DNA of 64,000 nt from the IMG/VR virus record IMGVR_UViG_3300014204_000141, positions 1-64,000 of that record, one strand, 5' to 3'. Under the pieces are notes generated by a model. The model searched no databases. It was not told the origin of the DNA and was given only the letters and a program-made list of their open reading frames with translations. The position numbers were made by a program, and so were the translations under genes. This document shows, piece after piece, positions 1 to 5,759 of the stretch. This DNA comes from a virus. Taxonomy: Duplodnaviria; Caudoviricetes. Each line of letters starts with the position of its first letter. Position 1 is the first letter of the stretch.

Positions 1-28
1 AATGCACCAAACTACGGTGCTGCCACCA
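1..28 (+). tRNA. 3' end of a tRNA, truncated by the window; isotype unknown
   Basis: T-arm-like GCACC-7nt-GGTGC followed by TGCCACCA, directly before the tRNA array. Confidence 0.55.
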
Positions 29-31
29 ATT

Positions 32-103
32 GCTGATGTAGCTCAATGGTAGAGCATCCGTTTCGTGAACGGAAGGTTGCCGGATCAAAACCGGCCATCA
101 GCT
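32..103 (+). tRNA. tRNA-Thr(CGT)
   Basis: Acceptor GCTGATG/CATCAGC; anticodon arm TCCGT-TTCGTGA-ACGGA; U73; CCA not encoded. Confidence 0.85.
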
Positions 104-106
104 TAA

Positions 107-181
107 GTCTGGTTAGCTGAGATCGAGTAGCGCGACCCTGAAGAGGTTGAGACGCGGATGCGAGCGCCGCACCAGACACCA
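107..181 (+). tRNA. tRNA-Phe(GAA)
   Basis: Acceptor GTCTGGT/ACCAGAC; anticodon arm CGACC-CTGAAGA-GGTTG; ends ACCA. Confidence 0.85.
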
Positions 182-184
182 AAA

Positions 185-397
185 ATGAAAATTTTTAAAC
201 TGTTGGTTGATTTAACGGTTTGGCCAGATGTTGAAGAATGTAGTTTTCTTTTATTAGTTATCCCTAAAGGAACAATTATTTATGAGACTTATGACGGTGG
301 TGTGTATGAAACACATAAACCTGACCCAGTGATGTGTGTAGGGTGTAATTGGGTTGAAAAGAATCCACATGTATTTCAGGAAGTCATAGAAAAGTAG
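185..397 (+). CDS. small hypothetical protein within the tRNA array
   Basis: ORF fills the gap between two tRNAs; the ATG at 185 avoids overlap with tRNA-Phe. Confidence 0.5.
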   Translation: MKIFKLLVDLTVWPDVEECSFLLLVIPKGTIIYETYDGGVYETHKPDPVMCVGCNWVEKNPHVFQEVIEK

Positions 398-404
398 GAT
401 TAAT

Positions 405-475
405 GCTGATGTAGTTCAATGGAAGAATAGTGCACCTGTAATGCACCGACGGGGGATCGTTACCTCTCATCAGCT
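405..475 (+). tRNA. tRNA-Thr(TGT)
   Basis: Acceptor GCTGATG/CATCAGC; anticodon arm GTGCA-CCTGTAA-TGCAC (C33); U73. Confidence 0.8.
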
Positions 476-478
476 TAA

Positions 479-555
479 GGGGTAGAAGACGAAGTAGTGG
501 AGTCATTTGCTTGTCAAGCAAAAGTAAGCCGGCGCACCTCCGGTCTATCCCGCCA
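479..555 (+). tRNA. tRNA-Asp(GTC)
   Basis: Acceptor GGGGTAG/CTATCCC; anticodon arm TTTGC-TTGTCAA-GCAAA; G73 plus CCA. Confidence 0.88.
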
Positions 556-629
556 GCGCGTGTACCCTAATTGGCAAAGGGCTATCCCTTAGAAGGATAT
601 GTTTGGAGATTCGAATTCTCTCACGCGTA
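556..629 (+). tRNA. tRNA-Leu(TAG) with a short variable arm
   Basis: Acceptor GCGCGTG/CACGCGT; anticodon arm TATCC-CTTAGAA-GGATA; T-loop TTCGAAT; A73. Confidence 0.85.
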
Positions 630-634
630 AAAAT

Positions 635-769
635 GGGTGTAACCATGAAGGTTTGAGATGATTTGCGCATAATTAGAAACGGCAACTAATCACTGTCTGA
701 TATTATGTTGCGGTTATCAATAGCAAATGGGCTGATTTCCCGGAGATAGGTAGGGTCTATCCGCACCCA
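635..769 (+). ncRNA. unknown structured tRNA-like RNA (~135 nt)
   Basis: Terminal stem GGGTGT/GCACCC, T-like arm GATAG-7nt-CTATC, and nested internal stems ATTTGC/GCAAAT, ATTAG/CTAAT and TGATA/TATCA. Confidence 0.5.
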
Positions 770-792
770 CGATTTTAATAAGAAGTAATATT

Positions 793-868
793 CTGCCTGT
801 AGGCTAGTAGCTATGCCACTTGATTTGGGATCAAGTTTTCGCTGGTGCAAGTCCAGCCAGGCAGACCA
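793..868 (+). tRNA. tRNA-Pro(TGG)
   Basis: Acceptor CTGCCTG/CAGGCAG; anticodon arm CTTGA-TTTGGGA-TCAAG; ends ACCA. Confidence 0.9.
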
Positions 869-881
869 AAGAGGTAAATTA

Positions 882-986
882 GTGACAAATGTTTTAATAG
901 TTTTAGGTTTAATTGTAGTAACATGTGCAATAGGTTATTTAATTGTTATGGGTATTTCATGTGTTATTGGTCTAAGTGATGATTGA
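882..986 (+). CDS. 34-aa single-TM peptide (not in the ORF track)
   Basis: GAGG RBS plus GTG; MTNVLIVLGLIVVTCAIGYLIVMGISCVIGLSDD; fills the inter-tRNA gap. Confidence 0.55.
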   Translation: MTNVLIVLGLIVVTCAIGYLIVMGISCVIGLSDD

Positions 987-987
987 T

Positions 988-1060
988 GCGGGTGTAACTC
1001 AATTGGTAGAGTTTCAGTTTTCCAAACTGATAGTCGCGGGTCCGACCCCCGCCACCCGCT
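988..1060 (+). tRNA. tRNA-Gly(TCC)
   Basis: Acceptor GCGGGTG/CACCCGC; anticodon arm TCAGT-TTTCCAA-ACTGA; U73. Confidence 0.9.
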
Positions 1061-1065
1061 TTTTA

Positions 1066-1094
1066 TTGACAAATACAAAATTTCGGTATATAAT
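1066..1094 (+). promoter_or_regulatory. consensus sigma70/sigmaA promoter
   Basis: TTGACA (1066-1071), 17-bp spacer, TATAAT (1089-1094); GGAGG RBS downstream. Confidence 0.85.
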
Positions 1095-1108
1095 ATACAG
1101 GAGGAATT

Positions 1109-1261
1109 ATGAATGAAACTACTGTCAGATGTCCGTCTTGTAAACACTTATTATCTCTTGAATATGGAGTCGCAAAGAAATATTCTGATTATTTAGTTTG
1201 TCATATTTGTGGTTACAGAATTCGTGTTAGTAAAATTGATAATCCTGAGGAGGAACAGTGA
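1109..1261 (+). CDS. 50-aa zinc-ribbon protein (not in the ORF track)
   Basis: GGAGG RBS; MNETTVRCPSCKH...VCHICGYRIRVS, two CxxC pairs. Confidence 0.7.
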   Translation: MNETTVRCPSCKHLLSLEYGVAKKYSDYLVCHICGYRIRVSKIDNPEEEQ

Positions 1262-1488
1262 AACAAAGACTCTATAGAGATGCAAAGGGAAGGTTTGCGA
1301 AATTTCCTACAATCAAACCGATTTCTTCTAAGTCGTTAGATATAAATGAATATTTAGATTATTGTAGAGACAAGATTTTATTAGCGTTAGGTTGTTTAAA
1401 AATTGGTCACCCTTATGGTGATGGTGTTATTCTTGGCGATGACAGTGTTAAGGCATTGGTTGAGTATTTGAAAGAGCAGAGGTTTTAA
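1258..1488 (+). CDS. hypothetical protein (N-terminal RDAKGRF motif)
   Basis: GAGGAGG RBS; GTGA overlap with the upstream ORF. Confidence 0.65.
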   Translation: MKQRLYRDAKGRFAKFPTIKPISSKSLDINEYLDYCRDKILLALGCLKIGHPYGDGVILGDDSVKALVEYLKEQRF

Positions 1489-1634
1489 TGATTAATTTGA
1501 CGGTTAGCATTAAAGAATTTTCTGAAAAAGTAAACATAGATTTATCTGTTCGTGATATTTTGTTAATAAAAGGGTTTAGTAGGTTTTTAAGAGAAAAAAG
1601 ATTTAATGATGTGAAAGATTTTTATATAAAATAA
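1488..1634 (+). CDS. 48-aa hypothetical protein (not in the ORF track)
   Basis: GAGG RBS; TAATG stop/start coupling; ends just before tRNA-His. Confidence 0.5.
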   Translation: MINLTVSIKEFSEKVNIDLSVRDILLIKGFSRFLREKRFNDVKDFYIK

Positions 1635-1640
1635 TATAGT

Positions 1641-1712
1641 GGTGATGGTAGTGTATGAGTCGCACGAGACTCTGTGGAAGTCTTAGAATCAGTGCAAATC
1701 TGATCCATCACA
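1641..1712 (+). tRNA. tRNA-His(GTG)
   Basis: G-1 plus acceptor GTGATGG/CCATCAC; anticodon arm AGACT-CTGTGGA-AGTCT. Confidence 0.85.
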
Positions 1713-1714
1713 AA

Positions 1715-2083
1715 GGGCCTGAAATTAGACTCGACGGGGTATTAGATCATTGAACTTGCTGGTAGTGGTTGGTCGAAGGACACTTAAAAATCGACTACAT
1801 AACAAATGCGATTAAACAAACGTTTAATTCAGTTATCAGTTTTGTCAAGGATTTGTTCGAAGTCAGCCCGTCCTTAGCATACTGTTAACTTAAACCTTTG
1901 GTATTCTTTTTTGGTTCTTAAGCCAAAGGATTACAGAATCAAATAGGTCAATAGTTCATGGCACTATACTATTGCCGAAATATGGTTGCTGTTGTGAGGT
2001 CTCCTTAACCTTAATAAGGATATACCGGTAGATGGTTCATGAAATATATTTCGGACGCGATTGCAAAATCGCCAGGTCCACCA
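1715..2083 (+). ncRNA. ssrA: tmRNA
   Basis: 5' GGGCCTGAAATTAGACTCGACGGG and 3' TTCGGACGCGA...CAGGTCCACCA; G3:U70 alanine acceptor stem; internal tag frame 1808-1888; 369 nt. Confidence 0.92.
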
Positions 2084-2085
2084 AA

Positions 2086-2161
2086 GGGGAATTAGCTCAG
2101 TTGGGAGAGCGTCTGTTTTGCAAGCAGAAGGTCACCGGTCCGAACCCGGTATTCTCCACCA
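2086..2161 (+). tRNA. tRNA-Ala(TGC)
   Basis: Acceptor GGGGAAT/ATTCTCC with G3:U70; anticodon loop TTTGCAA; ends ACCA. Confidence 0.93.
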
Positions 2162-2232
2162 GCAACTATAACACAACGGTAGTGTGTCGGTTTCATACGC
2201 CGATAATGGAATTTCGACTATTCCTAGTTGCA
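2162..2232 (+). tRNA. tRNA with CAT anticodon (elongator Met or Ile2)
   Basis: Acceptor GCAACTA/TAGTTGC; anticodon arm TCGGT-TTCATAC-GCCGA; G1-C72 pair, so not an initiator. Confidence 0.8.
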
Positions 2233-2234
2233 AA

Positions 2235-2307
2235 GATCCTATAGACGAATGGCAAAGTCATTGCGCTTTCAACGCAAAATTTACGAGTTCAATCCTCGTT
2301 AGGATCA
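2235..2307 (+). tRNA. tRNA-Glu(TTC)
   Basis: Acceptor GATCCTA/TAGGATC; anticodon arm TTGCG-CTTTCAA-CGCAA. Confidence 0.88.
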
Positions 2308-2309
2308 AA

Positions 2310-2385
2310 GGGTTCATGGTGAAAATGGACATCATCATTGCCTTCTAAGCAATAGTTCCGGATCCGAATTCCGGTGAGCCCGCCA
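2310..2385 (+). tRNA. tRNA-Arg(TCT)
   Basis: Acceptor GGGTTCA/TGAGCCC; anticodon arm ATTGC-CTTCTAA-GCAAT; ends GCCA. Confidence 0.9.
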
Positions 2386-2456
2386 ACCCTTATGATGAAA
2401 TGGAATCATATTTTGCTTCGAACGAAATTTTGTGGGTTCAAATCCTACTAAGGGTG
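2386..2456 (+). tRNA. tRNA-Arg(TCG)
   Basis: Acceptor ACCCTTA/TAAGGGT; anticodon arm TTTTG-CTTCGAA-CGAAA; T-loop TTCAAAT. Confidence 0.82.
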
Positions 2457-2459
2457 TAA

Positions 2460-2531
2460 ACTCTCGTGGTGAAAAGAATATCTCAGGCGTTTCCTAAACT
2501 TCTGTTCTGGGTTTGAATCCCGGCTAGAGTA
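2460..2531 (+). tRNA. degenerate tRNA-Arg(CCT), possible pseudogene
   Basis: Cloverleaf with loop TTCCTAA, but mismatches in the acceptor, D and anticodon stems. Confidence 0.6.
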
Positions 2532-2550
2532 TATAAGTTAATGGAATAAT

Positions 2551-2625
2551 TGCGGAGTAACTCAACGGTAGAGTGCGGAACTGTTAATTCCGAAGTTGCC
2601 CGTCCGAGTCGGGTCTCCGCAGCCA
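2551..2625 (+). tRNA. tRNA-Asn(GTT)
   Basis: Acceptor TGCGGAG/CTCCGCA; anticodon arm CGGAA-CTGTTAA-TTCCG; ends GCCA. Confidence 0.92.
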
Positions 2626-2735
2626 AATTTAAATATGGACATTTTTGTACACATGCAGGATAGTAGCAAAGTTAGCCCAACTTCTTTTACTGGTGGAGTC
2701 TTGAGGTAATGCTTACTACTTTTACACCAGTCAAC

Positions 2736-2806
2736 ACTCCCGTATCTCAATGGCAAAGTGCTACGTCAACACCGTAGTCATGGCGGTTCGATTCCGTCCG
2801 GGAGTA
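2736..2806 (+). tRNA. atypical tRNA-Val(AAC), possibly degenerate
   Basis: Acceptor ACTCCCG/CGGGAGT; anticodon arm CTACG-TCAACAC-CGTAG; canonical TTCGATT T-loop; poor D stem. Confidence 0.65.
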
Positions 2807-2811
2807 TTTTC

Positions 2812-2840
2812 TTTACAAATCCAAAATTTTGGTATATAAT
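2812..2840 (+). promoter_or_regulatory. sigma70-type promoter, near-copy of the one at 1066
   Basis: TTTACA, 17-bp spacer, TATAAT; spacer nearly identical to 1072-1088. Confidence 0.75.
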
Positions 2841-2910
2841 ATATTAACAACTCCACAAGCATTCTAAAATCTATGCGTGTCATGAATGCGGACGCGCCAA
2901 AGGAGGGACA

Positions 2911-3552
2911 ATGTTTAACAACCATTTTGTATTGTCGGTTTTACAAGATTCAAAAATTTTAAAAGAAGCAGGTGACAGAGTAGAAGTTCCTTTCGACACC
3001 GAGTATACAATCCGATTAAGAAATAAACACCGCAATCCCTGTGCTGTAGACCTTTATATTGATGGTGAACTTGTTAACACCACAGGCCATATTATAATAT
3101 TTGGAAATGACTATTCTGATATAACAGGGTTTTTAAAAAGTAATGGAATTGGTAATAAATTTGTATTTACTAAGACTACAAACCCTAAGGTCAGACAGGA
3201 AAACGAACCCGAGAATGGAGTCATAGAGGCTCGTTTTTATTTGCAAAAAGAACAAATCATTGTACCAACAGTTGTGGAAAGACCCGTATGGATATTTAGA
3301 GATAACTATATTTATCCACAATGGCCCTACCCTCCATTTCAACTGTTTTGTAATGACAACATATACACAATTGGTGCTGATTTTTCTCAAAACAATTCAT
3401 CTTCATGTAATACAGCAGGATCCACTGTAGCGGGTGACGTATTTTCTTATGTAGAACAATCAACGATGAAATTTAAATTAGAAACTGAACCATCTATTAT
3501 AAGATGTAAATTAATTGGGTTGTCTAAAGAAAAGTCTATAAATATAATGTAA
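2911..3552 (+). CDS. hypothetical beta-rich protein
   Basis: 213-aa ORF with GGAGG RBS, downstream of the promoter. Confidence 0.8.
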   Translation: MFNNHFVLSVLQDSKILKEAGDRVEVPFDTEYTIRLRNKHRNPCAVDLYIDGELVNTTGHIIIFGNDYSDITGFLKSNGIGNKFVFTKTTNPKVRQENEPENGVIEARFYLQKEQIIVPTVVERPVWIFRDNYIYPQWPYPPFQLFCNDNIYTIGADFSQNNSSSCNTAGSTVAGDVFSYVEQSTMKFKLETEPSIIRCKLIGLSKEKSINIM

Positions 3553-3561
3553 GGAGAGAGT

Positions 3562-3687
3562 ATGACAGAAAGCGCAAAACTTACTATAGAAAATTTGATT
3601 TTGTCAGGTGTGTGGGATATTGCTCTGTTATTAGACACTATTGAGGAATTAGAAACATTAGGTGAAATAGGAGGAAAAAATGAATAG
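3562..3687 (+). CDS. 41-aa hypothetical protein (not in the ORF track)
   Basis: AAGGAG RBS; fills the gap and overlaps the next start. Confidence 0.55.
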   Translation: MTESAKLTIENLILSGVWDIALLLDTIEELETLGEIGGKNE

Positions 3688-4063
3688 GCGAGAATTTGCT
3701 GTTAATATTTCACATTTGTTGTTGGATATGGCGGAATCTGGGGATATGCCAATAGGCGATAATTGGAATAGATCGGCCATAGAACAGTTTGCTTTTTATC
3801 AAGTTGGTAGGAAATTGGTATGTTCTAAATGGGTTGTTGCGGATCCAAGTCGGATAATAACGAATTGTGATGGTTATATAATAAAAGGTGATCATCAGTT
3901 GGGTAGGGCTTTGGATATTTATTTGGTTACTGATGATAAAGATGGTGTGATTATTCATTGGGAATGGAATAAAGAGAAGGCTCTATTTTGGCATTATGTG
4001 TGGGAAAAAAGGTATAAAGGTAAGCCCATGATTAAGTGGGATCCGCCGCATTTTGCGGGGTGA
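3680..4063 (+). CDS. M15-family zinc peptidase (L-Ala-D-Glu peptidase-type endolysin)
   Basis: RS..EQ...YQ.GR, ITN, H-x6-D (DHQLGRALD) and C-terminal WDPPHF. Confidence 0.8.
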   Translation: MNRREFAVNISHLLLDMAESGDMPIGDNWNRSAIEQFAFYQVGRKLVCSKWVVADPSRIITNCDGYIIKGDHQLGRALDIYLVTDDKDGVIIHWEWNKEKALFWHYVWEKRYKGKPMIKWDPPHFAG

Positions 4064-4065
4064 TT

Positions 4066-4374
4066 ATGGATAAAAAAATTACTGAAAAATGGACAATGCA
4101 GGAAGCTTTAAAATTTAAGGCTATTGAATTTTTAGCGGAAAATGCGCAATCAATCAGAAATTCGCTTTTTGAAATGGTTAATAATTTTGACTATAAGGAT
4201 GATATAGAAATAAGAAATGTTTTTCCATCAATGATTTATATAGCATTGATATGTGAAGATGAGAGTTTGATAAAAATATTTACTATTAAGGATTGGAAAA
4301 CCAGCAAGTGGAAAGTTTTAGATGGTATTTATAAATCATCATATGATAGGAGGCAAATGGTTTTTTCTTTTTAA
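4066..4374 (+). CDS. hypothetical protein
   Basis: ORF in a tightly packed operon; ATG at 4066. Confidence 0.65.
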   Translation: MDKKITEKWTMQEALKFKAIEFLAENAQSIRNSLFEMVNNFDYKDDIEIRNVFPSMIYIALICEDESLIKIFTIKDWKTSKWKVLDGIYKSSYDRRQMVFSF

Positions 4375-4376
4375 TT

Positions 4377-4901
4377 ATGAACAAAATATTGATAGGCATA
4401 GGATCAAAAGCTAAAGTTGGAAAAGATACATTGGGATTATATTTATCTAAACAGTATAGTTTAAAACGACTAGCGTTTGCAGATCCACTTAAAGAAGAAG
4501 TCAATACGATGTTACAATCATTGGGTTTAACATACGATGATGCTAATAAGGATGTATTGCGACCGCTATTAATAGGTTGGGGTGAATCCAGAAGAAAGAT
4601 GGAACCTGATTATTGGGTTTCAATTATTGAAAAACAATACAAAAATACAATGAGTTGTTTTGGTATTGCTGGTTGTGGATTTTATCATGGTGTAGTAATA
4701 ACCGATGTTCGTTATGTTAATGAGGCAATGTTTATTAGAAACAATGGTGGTGTATTAATTAATATAATTAGAGATAATGGTATGGACATACCGACTGAAC
4801 ATGAATTGGATAATTTTAAATTTGATTATACCATACATAATAACGCTTCTTTGGAAGATCTCTTACATGCTGGTGATGATGTAATAAAAGGGAGGTTTTG
4901 A
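4377..4901 (+). CDS. deoxynucleoside monophosphate kinase (phage dNMP kinase)
   Basis: IGIGSKAKVGKDT P-loop, AFADPLK, R.LL..WG...R, ITDVRYVNE. Confidence 0.88.
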   Translation: MNKILIGIGSKAKVGKDTLGLYLSKQYSLKRLAFADPLKEEVNTMLQSLGLTYDDANKDVLRPLLIGWGESRRKMEPDYWVSIIEKQYKNTMSCFGIAGCGFYHGVVITDVRYVNEAMFIRNNGGVLINIIRDNGMDIPTEHELDNFKFDYTIHNNASLEDLLHAGDDVIKGRF

Positions 4902-5758
4902 TGCCGTTAAAGGGTTTTATTTGTCCTGAAGAATATGGCGATGAGATTAGGCGCAAAGATTTTATTACATGTTTTAAATGTAGACGACCATGCCTTCCCC
5001 TAGTTATGAGAATAGCCCTTATTAAAGCCGCTCGGACTAGGGGTTTATATATATCACCGACATCTATCAATGGTTGTATGCGTAAAACGTACATGGAGAG
5101 GCTTTTTGACTATTATCAGGATCCAACCGGTCTTATATTTGCGGCATTTAGAGGTACACTCACGCATTTGGTTATGGAACATGCGATAACAGAAGAACTG
5201 AAAACTAAAGACTTAGAACTTAAGACTGTAGTTGACGCGCTTTCTTCAGATTTTGTTATGGAAGAAGAAGTTAGTAGAAATATAGAGTATCAAGATGGTT
5301 TAATTGTGCCGGTATCGGGGCGATTCGATCTTTATCATAAACCCAGCCGTTCTCTTCAAGACTACAAAACTTTAGCAACAAAAGGTTTTAAAAGACTGTC
5401 CGCCCACGGTTCTAAAGAGGAATATACACTTCAAACTAATTTTTATAGATGGTTGATGAGTGATAAATATCCTGTGGATAGAATATTAATTCATTATTTT
5501 TCTATGGATGGTGTCTATACTTCTGGTCGTAAATATAAACTTAAAGACCATGTTGTTACTAAATTGGAACTTGACGTTATTCCTATTTTAGACGAAGATG
5601 TTTTGCTGTCTATAGTTAAACCCAAAGTTAGGCATCTATTTGAGTGTTTTAGGGATAAAACCGAACCAGAGGGTAATGGTGGTCAATGGTGTTTTATGTG
5701 CGGTAATTGCCAATTTAAAGAGGGTTGTGGATGGTATTCTGCCAATAAAAGGAAATAA
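4898..5758 (+). CDS. Cas4/AddB-like PD-(D/E)xK exonuclease with a predicted Fe-S cluster
   Basis: SPTS..GC.RK, RGT..H, SGRFD, DYKT, Q...Y and C-terminal CxxC-x5-C. Confidence 0.85.
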   Translation: MMPLKGFICPEEYGDEIRRKDFITCFKCRRPCLPLVMRIALIKAARTRGLYISPTSINGCMRKTYMERLFDYYQDPTGLIFAAFRGTLTHLVMEHAITEELKTKDLELKTVVDALSSDFVMEEEVSRNIEYQDGLIVPVSGRFDLYHKPSRSLQDYKTLATKGFKRLSAHGSKEEYTLQTNFYRWLMSDKYPVDRILIHYFSMDGVYTSGRKYKLKDHVVTKLELDVIPILDEDVLLSIVKPKVRHLFECFRDKTEPEGNGGQWCFMCGNCQFKEGCGWYSANKRK

Positions 5759-5759
5759 A

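Noticed and set aside
2032-2244. 70-aa ORF on the + strand
   Set aside because: It overlaps the tmRNA 3' end and the Ala, CAT and Glu tRNAs
2310-2385. Possible amber suppressor (CTA in the loop) or stop-codon recoding
   Set aside because: The 7-nt loop CTTCTAA centres on TCT (Arg). Genes are intact in code 11, and TAA, TAG and TGA all end genes
2635-2732. Possible extra ncRNA or 24-aa ORF between tRNA-Asn and tRNA-Val
   Set aside because: Only one convincing stem (ACTGGTG/CACCAGT), no cloverleaf and no RBS; too little support
4898-5758. CRISPR-Cas system
   Set aside because: Only a solo Cas4-like gene is present; no repeat-spacer array or other cas genes were seen
5640-5759. N-terminal extension of RecD2 in the ORF track
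   Set aside because: It overlaps the Cas4-like gene; the ATG at 5760 fits the RecD2 N-terminus and operon packing
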